This document shows, piece after piece, positions 19,312 to 30,727 of a stretch of 63,038 bases of DNA. The notes beneath the pieces are model-generated. The model was not told the origin of the DNA, did not search any database, and was given only the letters and a program-made list of their open reading frames with translations. A program made the translations under genes and the position numbers. The stretch is from Candidatus Buchananbacteria bacterium (GTDB lineage Bacteria > Patescibacteriota > Patescibacteriia > 2-01-FULL-39-33), in assembly GCA_041666945.1 (NCBI GenBank), contig JBAYFY010000005.1, positions 1 through 63,038 of the forward strand, written 5' to 3'. Position 1 is the first letter of the stretch; each line of letters begins with the position of its first letter.

Positions 19312-19650
19312 ATGTTGGCCAAAAAATACCGCATTTCACAAAAGCAGGAATTTGATAAAATCTTTAAAAACGGCAAAAAGGCATCAAGTCAGAATTTTAT
19401 TATTAGATTTATGAAAAATGGCTTAGAAAATTGCCGTTTTTCTATTATTGTTAGCAATAAGATTAGTGGAAAAGCCACTGAAAGAAATAAAATCAAGCGC
19501 CGAGTTAAAGCCATTTTAAGTAATAATTTATCTAATTTTAGAGAAAATATAGATTTAGTTATAATTGCATTAGCCCCATGTAAAAAACTTGATTTTTCCA
19601 GTGTTAATGATGATATGATTAAGTTGTTAACAAAAAGCAAAATTATATGA
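19312..19650 (+). CDS. rnpA: RNase P protein component
   Basis: 112 aa, basic, in the conserved rpmH-rnpA position. Confidence 0.85.
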   Translation: MLAKKYRISQKQEFDKIFKNGKKASSQNFIIRFMKNGLENCRFSIIVSNKISGKATERNKIKRRVKAILSNNLSNFRENIDLVIIALAPCKKLDFSSVNDDMIKLLTKSKII

Positions 19651-19901
19651 GTTTTTTGTCTAATTTTACAAAATATTTTGTTTTAAAATTAATTAAGATT
19701 TACCAAAAAACACTATCTTTTGATCATGGGTTGCCTAAATTCCTATTTCCTTATGGTTATTGCCGATTTTATCCGACTTGTTCTGAATACGGCTATCAAG
19801 CCATAAATAAATATGGAGTGACAAAAGGAGGATTTATGGCTTTTTATCGTATTCTAAGATGCAACCCATTCTCTAAAGGCGGTTTTGATCCAATAAAATA
19901 A
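19647..19901 (+). CDS. yidD: membrane protein insertion efficiency factor YidD
   Basis: 84 aa with ..[30 protein letters not shown]. Confidence 0.9.
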   Translation: MSFLSNFTKYFVLKLIKIYQKTLSFDHGLPKFLFPYGYCRFYPTCSEYGYQAINKYGVTKGGFMAFYRILRCNPFSKGGFDPIK

Positions 19902-19912
19902 ACCAATAAAAT

Positions 19913-20659
19913 ATGATTAGTTTAATTGTAAATATTTTTAATTTAATTTGTTATCAACCATTATTCAATTTATTAATCTTTGTTTATGATATCGTCCCGG
20001 GCCATGACATCGGTTGGGTGATAATCATTTTGACTTTATTGATTAAATTAGCTTTGTATTTGCCGTCACGCAGCACTATTAAGGCGCAACAAGCATTGCA
20101 GGAATTGCAACCGAAAATTGATGAGATGAAAGAAAAATATAAAGGCGATAAAGAGCGGCAAGCTAAAGAAATGATGAATTTGTATAAAGAACATAAGATT
20201 AATCCCCTATCTTCTTGTCTGCCTTTGCTTATTCAGTTGCCTTTTTTAATCGCTATTTATCAAGTGTTTAATGCGGGTTTAACCAACGGTAGTTTGTCTT
20301 TGATTTATCCGTTTATCACTAATCCCGGGCATATTAATTCTTTAGCTTTCGGTTTTATTGATATGGCCAAACCCCAATGGATTTTAGCGATCTTGGCTGG
20401 CGCCGCGCAGTTCTGGCAGACATCCATGATGATGGCTAAGCGTCCGGCTATCAAAAATAAAGACAGTAAGGATGAAGATATGTCGGCCATAATGAGCCGC
20501 CAAATGACGATTATGATGCCGCTTATGACTGTAATAATTGGTTGGAATTTGCCCAGCGGTTTGGTGTTTTATTGGCTATTATTGACGGTTTTCACTTCAT
20601 TGCAACAATTAATCACCAAGAAAAAACCATTGCCCGATAAGGTGGAAGTTATAAATTAG
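19913..20659 (+). CDS. yidC: membrane protein insertase YidC (short form)
   Basis: 248 aa with multiple TM segments and the ..KINPLSSCLPLLIQLPFLIAIY.. motif. Confidence 0.9.
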   Translation: MISLIVNIFNLICYQPLFNLLIFVYDIVPGHDIGWVIIILTLLIKLALYLPSRSTIKAQQALQELQPKIDEMKEKYKGDKERQAKEMMNLYKEHKINPLSSCLPLLIQLPFLIAIYQVFNAGLTNGSLSLIYPFITNPGHINSLAFGFIDMAKPQWILAILAGAAQFWQTSMMMAKRPAIKNKDSKDEDMSAIMSRQMTIMMPLMTVIIGWNLPSGLVFYWLLLTVFTSLQQLITKKKPLPDKVEVIN

Positions 20660-20666
20660 AACAATT

Positions 20667-20696
20667 AAAAAACCCGGAAATTTCCGGGTTTTTTTG
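20667..20696. terminator. bidirectional intrinsic terminator
   Basis: aacccggaaa/tttccgggtt stem between convergent yidC and the PBP gene. Confidence 0.7.
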
Positions 20697-20700
20697 ATTA

Positions 20701-23568
20701 CTATATTTTTATTTTTAATTTAGCTGATTCGTATTTTTTATTATTTAAATTAAAAATATTAGCGTAAATGATGTAATTACCGGATCCGGGAGATTTTTTC
20801 CAACTGAAATTAAAATTGTCGCTTTGCGGCCTGATGGTGGTGATGAAATTTTCTTTTGTACTGGTGGTTGATGAGTAATAAATGTCAATTTGTTTTATCC
20901 GATCAAAGTTAGTTAAGTCGGCTTTTAGAGATAGGGGAAAATTTTCAATGACGGCGCCGTCAATCGGCGATGTCCAATCAAGACGCGGTAAAGGATTGGC
21001 GGCCACTAAATTGAAATCAATTGACTTAGAAGCGGTGTTTTGCAGATCATCCTTTATTATGACGGTCAAAGTATGGTAGCCATTGGTTAATTCCGATAAA
21101 TCCAAGATTTTTTTCGTGGTTAAACCGCTTGCCGTGTCAATTAATTGATTGTCAATCAGATATTCTGTTTTTTGGACGCCGCGAGCGGCCGAACCTTGCA
21201 AATCAACGGTTATGAAACTGTCTTTAATGGTTTGTTTGTCGCCGGGACTGATAATATTAAGTTGCGGCTGATCGCCGGCCAAATGAATATCGTCGTAAGC
21301 TGTCGGTATGGGTTGGCCGCTGGTGATAATATTGTTTTTTTCCGCCCAGGTCTTCACGCCGGCTTCCCAACTGTAATATTGCGGATCGTTTTCCGGATGA
21401 GCGGGGATTGAGCCCCGCGGATTATCTTTATCCACATAATACAGAATGTCGTGAACTTCACCAGTCGCTATTTCTTTAGTGGTGCTTAGCGGCGTGTATT
21501 GAGTGGCTAATTTGCCTGACATGGTATCAATTTTTACCATTAAGCCGGAATTGGCAATGCCGTCTAATACCGCTTTGCCGGTAGTAACCTGTTGGGGGTC
21601 AATGAATTCTTCCGCCGCCTGGCCCTTGAGCGCTTCAGTCATGTAAGCGTTCCAAATCGGGGCGGCAATCACTGATCCGTCCGCGCCCGCCTTCATGGCC
21701 GCATTATCGCTATTACCCACCCAGACACCGCAGACCAGCGACGGCGTGTAACCTAAAGTCCAAGCATCATGAAAATCATTAGTGGTGCCGGTTTTGGTCG
21801 CTACCGGCCGCCCTGATAAAGTTAAACGGCTGCCAGCGCCAAAAACATAAGCTCTGGCTGAATCATCGGATAAAATATCAGTCGTCTGCCTAGCGATTTC
21901 TACGTCCAAAACCTTTTCGTTTTTATCTTTAAATTCTTCAATCACCTTATTATTTTTATCTTCAATTTTTAAAATCGGATTAACCTCGTGTTTAACCCCT
22001 TCGGTGGCCAGAGTGGCGTAAGCCGAGGCGTGTTCCAACAATTTCACTTCCGCTCCGCCCAAAACGATAGACAAGCCAAAACGACTGCGGTCGTTAAAAG
22101 TGGTGTAACCGAACTTTTCAGCCAAATTTAAAATATTGTCCATGCCGGTAAGGTAGGTTAGTTTGACTGCCGGGATATTTAAAGATCCGGCCAAGGCCTG
22201 ACGCAAAGTTACCGGGCCGTTTTCGTCGTTATGATAGTTGTGGGGCTCGTATTTTTTTTCGCCAGTAGTGTCAAAGTTGGTTACCGTGTCGTAAATAATA
22301 GTACTGGGGGTATAACCTTTGATGAATGACGCCGTGTAAACTATCGGTTTGAAAGAAGAACCGGGTTGGCGAGGACGCAAAGTAACATTGACTTGCCCGT
22401 CTATTTCCTCGTTAAAATAATCGGCTGAACCGACCATCGCTAAAATTTGGCCGGTTTTAGTATCCAAGGATACCAGCGCGGCGTTGGTAAAACCGTACTT
22501 GGCGCCGTTAGTTTCCACGCCTTTGACAACCGCCTCCTCGGCGATTTTTTGTTTATCCAAATCAAGCGTAGTGTAAACTTTTAAACCCTCTTGATTAATA
22601 AAATTCTCTCCGTATTTTTCTGATAATATCTCCTTGATATACATGACGAAGTGCGGGGCGATAATTGATTCCTTTAACGGCTTGAAGGTTAATTTTTCAT
22701 TTTTAGCCGCTTCCGCTTGTTCTTTGGAGATGTAATTTAACTCAACCATGGAATCAAGAATATATCTTTGGCGTTGCAAGAGCTTATCCTTATGATTGCC
22801 ATAAGGCGAATAATAAGTCGGAGCGTTGGGTATGGCCGCCAGAATAGCGGACTCGGCCAAGGTTAGATCTTTGGTTGGTTTGCCGAAGTATGATTGGGCG
22901 GCGGCTTCTACGCCGTAGATTACCGAGCCGTAGGGAATCTCATTCAGATACATGGACAAGATCTGATCTTTAGTGAACTTGCTTTCAATTTGGTAGGAAA
23001 TCAACAACTCCTTGATTTTTCTGGTATAGGTTTTTTCGTTGGTTAAAATGGCGTTTTTAACAAACTGTTGAGTCAAGGTAGAGCCGCTGACTTTGCTGCC
23101 GGTTGTAATATTGACCAAAATGGAGCGGATAATGCCGGTTGGAGAAAAACCATGATGCTGATAAAAATCCCGGTCTTCGGCAGTAATCACCGCTTGTTTC
23201 AGGTAGTTAGGAACATCGGTTAAAGGAATAACAGTGCGTTTGATGTTGCCATGAATATCATAAAGCACGGTTTGACCGGTGCGATCATAAATTTTAGTTG
23301 AGACGGTTACATTGCGCTTAAGCACGCCGTCGGCCGTCGGCAAATCTTTGGAAATCCAAAACAAAGCGGCTGCCGCAATCAAAGCAAAGAAAAGAATGCC
23401 AATTGCCAGTATCGGCATTAGGACCTTAAACATCCGTTTCCATAAATGACGCCGACGTTTTCTGACGGTTTTAGCCGGGCCGGAAGAAAAAGATATTTTT
23501 CCTCCCCGGGACTCGCGTTGATGCACGGGCGTAAGTTTTTGCGGATCGCGCCAGTTTATATTAGGCAT
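20701..23568 (-). CDS. class A penicillin-binding protein (transglycosylase + transpeptidase) with C-terminal beta-rich extension
   Basis: GT51 motifs ..AVITAEDRDFYQHHG.., ..GSTLTQQ... Transpeptidase motifs SSFKP and KTGTT. The start was moved to MPNINW (23568) because the longer track ORF overlaps ruvC. Confidence 0.9.
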   Translation of the reverse strand: MPNINWRDPQKLTPVHQRESRGGKISFSSGPAKTVRKRRRHLWKRMFKVLMPILAIGILFFALIAAAALFWISKDLPTADGVLKRNVTVSTKIYDRTGQTVLYDIHGNIKRTVIPLTDVPNYLKQAVITAEDRDFYQHHGFSPTGIIRSILVNITTGSKVSGSTLTQQFVKNAILTNEKTYTRKIKELLISYQIESKFTKDQILSMYLNEIPYGSVIYGVEAAAQSYFGKPTKDLTLAESAILAAIPNAPTYYSPYGNHKDKLLQRQRYILDSMVELNYISKEQAEAAKNEKLTFKPLKESIIAPHFVMYIKEILSEKYGENFINQEGLKVYTTLDLDKQKIAEEAVVKGVETNGAKYGFTNAALVSLDTKTGQILAMVGSADYFNEEIDGQVNVTLRPRQPGSSFKPIVYTASFIKGYTPSTIIYDTVTNFDTTGEKKYEPHNYHNDENGPVTLRQALAGSLNIPAVKLTYLTGMDNILNLAEKFGYTTFNDRSRFGLSIVLGGAEVKLLEHASAYATLATEGVKHEVNPILKIEDKNNKVIEEFKDKNEKVLDVEIARQTTDILSDDSARAYVFGAGSRLTLSGRPVATKTGTTNDFHDAWTLGYTPSLVCGVWVGNSDNAAMKAGADGSVIAAPIWNAYMTEALKGQAAEEFIDPQQVTTGKAVLDGIANSGLMVKIDTMSGKLATQYTPLSTTKEIATGEVHDILYYVDKDNPRGSIPAHPENDPQYYSWEAGVKTWAEKNNIITSGQPIPTAYDDIHLAGDQPQLNIISPGDKQTIKDSFITVDLQGSAARGVQKTEYLIDNQLIDTASGLTTKKILDLSELTNGYHTLTVIIKDDLQNTASKSIDFNLVAANPLPRLDWTSPIDGAVIENFPLSLKADLTNFDRIKQIDIYYSSTTSTKENFITTIRPQSDNFNFSWKKSPGSGNYIIYANIFNLNNKKYESAKLKIKI

Positions 23569-23608
23569 AGATAAATAATATTTATAACATTCAAAATAAC
23601 GTAAGCGA

Positions 23609-24118
23609 TTAGCGGTTAATCCGAGAGTTGAGATTATTAATGCCGGCGCCGCAGACGGCCATAGCCAAAGCGTCAGCGGCATCATCCGGCCGAGGGATTA
23701 TTTTAAGATTAAGGATGATCTTTACCATTTGTTGGATTTGTTTTTTGTCGGCTTGGCCGTAGCCGGTCAAGCCCTGTTTGACTTGCAAAGGGGTTAATTC
23801 AACCAACTGAATTTTATGTTGGGCTAAAGTCAGAAGAATTATGCCGCGGGCCTGGCCGACGATTAAGGCCGTTTTGACATTGGCGCAGAAAAATAGTTGT
23901 TCTACCACCGCCAATTCCGGCTGATATTGATTAATTACGGCTGACAATTGACGTTGTAAATCCAATAGTCTCAAAGATAATTCTTCTTTCTTGTTGGTTT
24001 TGATTGAACCGTAAGCAAGCAATTTAAGTTGGCCGTGATTTTCTTCAATCACGCCAAAACCGGTATCGGCGATACCCGGATCAATGCCTAAAATTATATG
24101 CGGTGAATTTTTTACCAT
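23609..24118 (-). CDS. ruvC: Holliday junction resolvase RuvC
   Basis: 169 aa with ILGIDPGIADTGFGVI.. and a C-terminal ..DAADALAMA... Confidence 0.9.
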   Translation of the reverse strand: MVKNSPHIILGIDPGIADTGFGVIEENHGQLKLLAYGSIKTNKKEELSLRLLDLQRQLSAVINQYQPELAVVEQLFFCANVKTALIVGQARGIILLTLAQHKIQLVELTPLQVKQGLTGYGQADKKQIQQMVKIILNLKIIPRPDDAADALAMAVCGAGINNLNSRINR

Positions 24119-24840
24119 GAAGCGTTGGTATAAACATTAGTCACATCATCCAGATCGTCAATTGCGCCATACAGTCGCTCGATTTTTTCGCGATCCGTAT
24201 CAGCAGTGATATTTATTTCATCCTTAGCTTGGTAAATAATGGCGGTTTCTTTTATAGCCAGTCCCAACTCCTTAGCTTTATTGGCGACTTGAGACAAAAC
24301 CTCAACCGAAGAGTTGATTTCCGCTTCGTTCGTTAACGGTATTTTTTTGACGTCTTCCGCTCCGGCATCAATCAGCTCCAATTCCTGTTCCTCGCTTAAA
24401 TCAGCCGAACTTATAATTACGGAACCCAGCCGTTTAAAATTCCAAGAAACGCTGCCGGAGGCGCTTAATTGTCCGCCGTTTTTATTGAGGACTGATTTCA
24501 AATCGGCGACTGTGCGATTTTTGTTGTCGGTTACGGCTTCAATAATAAAGCCGGAGCCGGCCGGTCCGACCGCTTCGTAAATCACTTCTTCAAAATTGGC
24601 GCCGTCTTTATTGGTTCCCGCTCCTTTGGCGATCGCCCGCTCAATATTATCTTTAGGCATGTTAGCTTCTCGGGCCTTGTCAATTGCTAAACGCAATTTA
24701 AAATTGGCTTCCGGATCTCCGCTGCCTTCGCGAGCCGCGATAGTTATCAAATTAGCCAGCTTGGTAAAGATGGCTCCTTTCTTGGCGTCAGCCGCTGATT
24801 TTTGGCGATGAGTCGTCGCCCACTTGCTGTGTCCAGACAT
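24112..24840 (-). CDS. yebC: YebC/PmpR-family transcriptional regulator
   Basis: MSGHSKWATTHRQK.. is the canonical YebC N-terminus. The start was placed at this Met. Confidence 0.9.
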   Translation of the reverse strand: MSGHSKWATTHRQKSAADAKKGAIFTKLANLITIAAREGSGDPEANFKLRLAIDKAREANMPKDNIERAIAKGAGTNKDGANFEEVIYEAVGPAGSGFIIEAVTDNKNRTVADLKSVLNKNGGQLSASGSVSWNFKRLGSVIISSADLSEEQELELIDAGAEDVKKIPLTNEAEINSSVEVLSQVANKAKELGLAIKETAIIYQAKDEINITADTDREKIERLYGAIDDLDDVTNVYTNASW

Positions 24841-25014
24841 AAATCTTTGAAACAATAATTTTTGATATTTACTTTTTATATTATAATAATAAAATGGTTA
24901 AAAATCAAGCTTTGATTGGTGGTTAATTTTCACTTGACAATTATAAAATTTATGCTATCATATTATGATAACGTGTACTTTAAAATAATGAAAGAGCAAC
25001 TTTAGGAGGTATTT

Positions 25015-26388
25015 ATGCCTGAAAAAAATGACTTGGAACGGGAAATAATTGAACGGGGTAAAAGCGCTGCTAACGAGGTTGAAGAAACAAATAGCCAGGA
25101 AACATCTCCGGAAGATTCAAGTGAGGCCTCTCAAACCCTAAGAGAGGATATTGCCAAATTAAAACAAGAGATGGGCGGCGGCGATTTGTCAGAGATAATA
25201 AAAGTGGCTATCCTTAGAGCGGAAATGACGCTTAAAAAAAATGAACTGCCGGTGAATATTGTTTGGAATTCCTTGCTTAGCGGTTTGGCTCTGGCTTGTG
25301 GCGGCCAGGCGGAATTAATCCGCCGGCTGTTAACCCTAAAAAATCAACAAGAAGACGTTTCCGCGGGAAAATTTGTTTATGGGCAAGAAACAATAATGTC
25401 CTGGTATTTGTCGGCTAAGTTCCCCATTCAGGAAATATTTGTTTGGTTTGAGGAAGCCGGATCAAAAGACGATGAAACAGTCGCCGCTTTGGTTTTATCT
25501 TTGCCTTGGAACGGCGATGATTATGACGGCCTTGACGACTTGGATATCATAGAATATATTCTGGCCAGCGGTTGGGATCAGCCGCGACAAATGGCCGCTA
25601 TGATTAATAACAACATGATTACTCCCGGCACTATCGTGTTTTTAATTAATTCTTTCGGGGGAGATAGTAATGTTGTGGAATTAATCGGCCGTTGCGGCCG
25701 TTTCAATGAAAATACTTTTAGAGCGGTTCAATCCATTTACGGTCCCAGTAAGAAAGAACCACCAAAAAGAGTCATACAATGGTCTAAAAGAAGGATTTGG
25801 TACGTTTGGGATAAATTAGGGATAGCCAACGAACAAAAGGTATCTTTATTTTATCAGGCCCTGGGCCGGACATTGGGAGCCGAAAAACTGGTTGAATTTT
25901 TGCATACTTTGCCTTTGGAAGATGAAGAAATAATCACTCATTTATTGTCCATAGGGCTATCTTTGGGTAAGATTGCCGATATTTATGCGCCTAAAGTTGT
26001 CCAGGAAAGCAATGCCGGCATGGAATTTCAAGATATTCCAATGGATAACAAACAACTATCTCCTGAATTTGTGACAATTTTACAGAAGTGGGGCAAAACC
26101 GATCAGGAGATAGTCCGGCTCTTAGTGGATTATGAGTTCACACTCTATATGATTACTACCAGTTTAACTTGCGCGAATTGGGAGCCGACAAGAATCTTTA
26201 CCGCTTTATTGGCGGCCGGTTGTGGCATAGTTTTAATTTCTCGGATGGTTGAGGCGGCGGCCCAAGGATTCAAAGAAGGGAACAATCTTGTTTGGAAATC
26301 GGCAATGGCCGCGGTTTGGAGAAAATTATTGAAAGACAAAATGGAAGAATTGGCCGATTGGGAAATTTTTGGCCAACTCAAGCCGTGA
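25015..26388 (+). CDS. hypothetical protein
   Basis: 457-aa ORF with SD GGAGG and a TTGACA-type promoter upstream. No motif recognised. Confidence 0.55.
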   Translation: MPEKNDLEREIIERGKSAANEVEETNSQETSPEDSSEASQTLREDIAKLKQEMGGGDLSEIIKVAILRAEMTLKKNELPVNIVWNSLLSGLALACGGQAELIRRLLTLKNQQEDVSAGKFVYGQETIMSWYLSAKFPIQEIFVWFEEAGSKDDETVAALVLSLPWNGDDYDGLDDLDIIEYILASGWDQPRQMAAMINNNMITPGTIVFLINSFGGDSNVVELIGRCGRFNENTFRAVQSIYGPSKKEPPKRVIQWSKRRIWYVWDKLGIANEQKVSLFYQALGRTLGAEKLVEFLHTLPLEDEEIITHLLSIGLSLGKIADIYAPKVVQESNAGMEFQDIPMDNKQLSPEFVTILQKWGKTDQEIVRLLVDYEFTLYMITTSLTCANWEPTRIFTALLAAGCGIVLISRMVEAAAQGFKEGNNLVWKSAMAAVWRKLLKDKMEELADWEIFGQLKP

Positions 26389-26412
26389 TTATCGTTCTTT
26401 ATTAATAACAAA

Positions 26413-26446
26413 AGCGTCCTCGCTTAACGGGACGCTTTTATTTTTT
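26413..26446 (+). terminator. intrinsic terminator
   Basis: agcgtcc/ggacgct stem followed by a long T-run. Confidence 0.7.
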
Positions 26447-26491
26447 ATTGGAAATCGTTTTAATGTTTCTCCTTTTGGGTCAGGATTGATT

Positions 26492-28969
26492 TTATAGCAA
26501 TGTAACATTGGCTACCGTGTCTTTTTCTTCTTTAAATCTCATTACTCTGACGCCTTGCGTATCACGGCCTAAAACGCTAACGGTCTTGATGGGTAGGCGG
26601 ATAACCTGGCCATGGTTGGAGATTATAATCATATCAGCGGCATCGTCGTAAATCAGCTTGCCGGTAATAATATCGCCGGTTTTGGAAGTGATTTTGGCCG
26701 TTTTGATTCCCGATCCGCCTCGGCCCTGGACTTTGTAATATTTCAGCTCGGTTTGTTTGCCAAAGCCGTTAGCCATGATAATCATCAGTTTGGCCACTTT
26801 CTCGTCTTTAGGGTCAAAAACGGCCATGCCCACCACTTTATCTTTGCTTTTCAGACGGACGCCTCTGACGCCGGAAGAAGCGCGGCCCATGGAACGGACG
26901 TCGGACTCCTTGAATCTGATGGCCTGACCCAATTGAGTGACCAAAATAATGTTTTCCGCGCCTTTGGACGGTTGGACCCATTGCAAGTCGTCATCGTTTT
27001 TTAATTTGATGGCAATTAGCCCCGAACGGCGAACGTTTTTGAAATCCTCAATCTTGGTTTTTTTGATGGTTCCGTGATTAGTCACCATAACCAGGAATTT
27101 GTCGTTTTCAATTTCCGTGGAAGGCAGGATAGCCGACACCTTTTCATTGGGCGCCAATTGCAGGAAGTTGACCAGGGCCTGGCCTTTAGCGGTGCGCGAG
27201 GATTGGGGCACGTCATAGCCCTTAAGCTGGAAGACGTGTCCGCGATTGGTAAAGAACATTAAATCGGCGTGAGTGGAAGTCAGGAAGAAATGCTCCACCG
27301 AATCCTCTTCTTTGGTGGTCAAGCCGATGACTCCTTTGCCGCCGCGTCCCTGGGTTTTGAAAGTGTCCGGCGGTAGGCGTTTGATATAGCCGTCATTGGT
27401 AACCATAACGATCATTTCTTCGTCAGGAATCAGATCTTCGGTTTTGAAGCTGTCCACGCCATGAGCGACTATCTGGGTGCGTCTGGGTTCGCCGAATTTT
27501 TCCTTCAGTTCCAATATCTCCGCTTTAATCAAAGCCAAAATCTTGGCCGGCGATTTGAGCAGGGTCTCCAGCTCCTTGATCAATTTCATTTTTTCTTTCA
27601 ATTCGGTTTCAATTTTTATCTTTTCCAAATTGGCCAGCTGTTGCAGTTTCATTTCCAAAATCGCCACGGCTTGCCTTTCGCTTAATTTGAATTTTTTGAT
27701 TAAATTCAATTTGGCATCGTCTTTGTCTTTGGATTTTTTGATGGTGGTGATTATTTCGTCAATATGGGCCAGGGCCATGACCAAGCCCTCCAAAATATGA
27801 GCGCGATCCTTGGCTTTATCCAATTCAAATTGGGTGCGCCGCGTAATGACTTCCTGACGGTGCTTGAGGTATTCTTCCAGAACCATTTTTAGGTTCAAGA
27901 CCTTGGGTTGGATGCCGTCCACCAAAGCCAAAACATTAAAGTGGAAGGTATCCTGCAATTGAGTGAATTTGAACAGCTGGTTGAGGATTTTTTGCGGGTA
28001 AGCGTCTTTTTTGATTTCAATTACGACGCGCACGCCGTCTTTGTTGGATTCGTCGCGTAAATCTTTGATGCCCTCAATTTTTTTGTCCTTAACGAGTTCG
28101 GCGATTTTTTCCAGCAGGGTGGCTTTGTTAGTTTGATAGTTTACTTCTGTGATGATGATGCGGTAAAGGCCGGACTTGGTTTCTTCAATATCGGTTTTGG
28201 CGCGGCAGACCACGCCGCCTTTGCCGGTGAGGTAAGCTTGTTTAATGTCGTTGACATTATAGATAATGCCGCCAGTGGGAAAGTCAGGGCCCTTGATGAA
28301 TTTGGTCAGATCTTCTACTTCACAATCAGGATTATCGATCAAATGCACTACGCCGTCGACTATTTCGCCTAAATTATGCGGCGGAATATTGGTCGCCATG
28401 CCCACGGCAATACCTTGCGTACCATTAATTAGTAGATTGGGCAGTTTGGCTGGCAGGACTTGAGGTTCTTTGTGAGCGCCGTCGTAATTGGGTATGAAGT
28501 TGACCGTGTTCTTATCAATATCAAACATCATTTCTTCCGCAATAGCTGATAGCTTGGCCTCTGTATAACGCATGGCCGCGGCGCTATCCCCGTCCATGGA
28601 TCCGAAATTTCCTTGGCCTTTAACCAAAGGATGGCGCAAAGAAAAATCCTGGGCCATGCGGACCATGGTTTCATAGATAGCCGCATCGCCGTGCGGGTGG
28701 TATTTGGCCATGACTTCTCCGACTACGTTGGCGGATTTGCGGAATTTGGCGTTGGCGCGCAATCCGATATCCCACATCGCGTACAGGACGCGGCGATGCA
28801 CCGGTTTTAAGCCGTCGCGGACATCAGGCAGGGCGCGGGAAACGATTACCGACATGGCATAATCCAAATAACTTTGCTGGACTTCCTCGCTGATCAAGCG
28901 GTCGGTGATGGCCTGCGGATTGGTATTGAAATCAAGATATTGTTGGCTTCGATCTTCTTTTTTTGGCAT
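26492..28969 (-). CDS. gyrA: DNA gyrase subunit A
   Basis: 825 aa with ..[16 protein letters not shown].., ..[10 protein letters not shown].. (active-site Tyr region) and C-terminal beta-pinwheel repeats. Confidence 0.97.
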   Translation of the reverse strand: MPKKEDRSQQYLDFNTNPQAITDRLISEEVQQSYLDYAMSVIVSRALPDVRDGLKPVHRRVLYAMWDIGLRANAKFRKSANVVGEVMAKYHPHGDAAIYETMVRMAQDFSLRHPLVKGQGNFGSMDGDSAAAMRYTEAKLSAIAEEMMFDIDKNTVNFIPNYDGAHKEPQVLPAKLPNLLINGTQGIAVGMATNIPPHNLGEIVDGVVHLIDNPDCEVEDLTKFIKGPDFPTGGIIYNVNDIKQAYLTGKGGVVCRAKTDIEETKSGLYRIIITEVNYQTNKATLLEKIAELVKDKKIEGIKDLRDESNKDGVRVVIEIKKDAYPQKILNQLFKFTQLQDTFHFNVLALVDGIQPKVLNLKMVLEEYLKHRQEVITRRTQFELDKAKDRAHILEGLVMALAHIDEIITTIKKSKDKDDAKLNLIKKFKLSERQAVAILEMKLQQLANLEKIKIETELKEKMKLIKELETLLKSPAKILALIKAEILELKEKFGEPRRTQIVAHGVDSFKTEDLIPDEEMIVMVTNDGYIKRLPPDTFKTQGRGGKGVIGLTTKEEDSVEHFFLTSTHADLMFFTNRGHVFQLKGYDVPQSSRTAKGQALVNFLQLAPNEKVSAILPSTEIENDKFLVMVTNHGTIKKTKIEDFKNVRRSGLIAIKLKNDDDLQWVQPSKGAENIILVTQLGQAIRFKESDVRSMGRASSGVRGVRLKSKDKVVGMAVFDPKDEKVAKLMIIMANGFGKQTELKYYKVQGRGGSGIKTAKITSKTGDIITGKLIYDDAADMIIISNHGQVIRLPIKTVSVLGRDTQGVRVMRFKEEKDTVANVTLL

Positions 28970-28994
28970 AAACGAAAATTAATGACTGGAAAAT

Positions 28995-29807
28995 TTAAAT
29001 TATTTTGATACTGCTGATGATTAAGTCCGCTGTTTGATCGGAAACAATGTCATCGCTTCGTCCCAGCACTTGGATTTCATAAACTTTGTCCGCGGTTTTC
29101 AGATAAATCCGCCGATCGATTTCCCCGGCCGCCGAAACGGTGCGCGTGTAATATAAAACGTCGGTACCGGTGGAATTAAGAGAGGTTTCGTCAAGCGAAT
29201 AATCTTTCAGGTCTATTTTATTGCGGGAAAACCAAGAAAAAAGCGATTGTTTGCGGCTGTTATTCTGGGCCGTAATGGTTATCAGGGTAAAGGTTTCGGG
29301 AATATCGCCGGTCAAATCGTAATCGGTTAAGCGCAGGGTATTCTGGCTCTCATCCATTTGCCAAGCCGGTGGCAGGCGGAAAATCAAACCGAGAATGGGG
29401 GAAGTTTTTTCCGGCCACAACTCCGGTTCGTTTTGCTTGATCTCTTTGATTACACTTTCTTTTATGGCCGCCAAATCATCCGGCGACACCAAAGGCGTAG
29501 TGGAAGCGACATTGCCGGACAAGTCAAATTTATTTAAGGTCAAATCAATTTCTTTTTTTATTTGTTCCAGATTGAGGCCCCTGGCTTCATTGGCGATGCT
29601 TCGCGATAAAGATAAAAACCAGCAAAATAAAACCACAGCCATCAAAGCAATGATTATCAGCCACATCAGCACGGCTTTTTTCTCCGCTGACGGGGCATTA
29701 ATGTTAACATAGCGCGGTTCCGCCGGCTGGCCGGCAGATTTTGAGGTGTGTTTTTTGCCGCCTCCCGATTGTTTCCGCCGCGGGGCGGAAGATTTTGTTT
29801 GACGCAT
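28995..29807 (-). CDS. membrane-anchored hypothetical protein
   Basis: 270 aa with a basic N-terminus followed by one TM helix. Confidence 0.55.
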   Translation of the reverse strand: MRQTKSSAPRRKQSGGGKKHTSKSAGQPAEPRYVNINAPSAEKKAVLMWLIIIALMAVVLFCWFLSLSRSIANEARGLNLEQIKKEIDLTLNKFDLSGNVASTTPLVSPDDLAAIKESVIKEIKQNEPELWPEKTSPILGLIFRLPPAWQMDESQNTLRLTDYDLTGDIPETFTLITITAQNNSRKQSLFSWFSRNKIDLKDYSLDETSLNSTGTDVLYYTRTVSAAGEIDRRIYLKTADKVYEIQVLGRSDDIVSDQTADLIISSIKII

Positions 29808-29834
29808 GGGAAAAGTTCAGAAAAATATCTTTAA

Positions 29835-30473
29835 TTAAATTGTCAGGACAATTACTTTAGTATCTTCGGCGAGCAGATCTTTTTTGACCACCCGCAGTTT
29901 TTCCTGGGTTTCTGATTTCAAGCCGCAGTGCTTGAGATAATTGCCGGCGTCGGCTAAGTCGGTTTTTTGTTCGCCGGTCTTATAGTGCAAAGGAATGATT
30001 ATTCTCGGCTCCAGTTGCGAGGCCACCTCCATCGCCTTTTTATCGTCTAAAACGCCATTGCCACCAACCGGCAGAAGCAGGATGTCAACGTTGCCCAACT
30101 GGTCAATTTGTTCGTCGGTTAGAATCTTGTCTAATCTGCCCAGATGCGCGACGGAAATATCCTCGGCAATGATTTTGTAAATCGTATTCTGATTTTTTTC
30201 CTTGCCGGAAGAATTGATGCCGGAAATGCCGTAAATAAAAATACCGCGAGTTTCGTATTCGCCGGGATGGACTATGGCAAACGGTTCGCCGCGGATGGCC
30301 TCAAAATTGGCATGTTCTTTATGGTTGCTGGATGCCGTAATAATATCAGCTTGAAAACGCGGCATTTTAAGTGAACCCTCATCGGCAAACGGATCAAGGG
30401 CGATTACCAAATCCTCGCCTTGCCCCTTAGTTTGGATTTTTACGGCTGATAAGCCCAACCATTGAATTATCAT
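29835..30473 (-). CDS. MBL-fold metal-dependent hydrolase (UPF0173-like)
   Basis: 212 aa with MIIQWLGLSAVKIQ....ALDPF.. and ..LLLPVGG.. pattern. Confidence 0.7.
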   Translation of the reverse strand: MIIQWLGLSAVKIQTKGQGEDLVIALDPFADEGSLKMPRFQADIITASSNHKEHANFEAIRGEPFAIVHPGEYETRGIFIYGISGINSSGKEKNQNTIYKIIAEDISVAHLGRLDKILTDEQIDQLGNVDILLLPVGGNGVLDDKKAMEVASQLEPRIIIPLHYKTGEQKTDLADAGNYLKHCGLKSETQEKLRVVKKDLLAEDTKVIVLTI

Positions 30474-30620
30474 AATTTTTACTGTAAAATTGATTTGAGA
30501 CGCATTATCTTATTAAGAAATCTGTCTTAATTATACAGAATTTTCACTTGGTAATCAAGAGGATATTTATTGTTAAAAAATATCAAAACGGAAGCATATT
30601 ATCTCTCTCGGATTAAACGC

Positions 30621-30692
30621 GCCCCCGTAGTTCAACGGATAGAACAAGGGACTCCTAAGCCCTAAATACAGGTTCGATTCCTGTCGGGAGCA
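30621..30692 (+). tRNA. tRNA-Arg (CCU)
   Basis: Hand fold: acceptor gcccccg/cgggagc (one C-A mismatch), anticodon loop CTCCTAA, T-arm acagg-ttcgatt-cctgt. Confidence 0.75.
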
Positions 30693-30702
30693 AATGATAA
30701 AA

Positions 30703-30727
30703 GCAACCCTATCCGGGGTTGTTTTTT
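30703..30727 (+). terminator. intrinsic terminator after tRNA-Arg
   Basis: aaccc/ggggtt stem followed by TTTTTT. Confidence 0.55.
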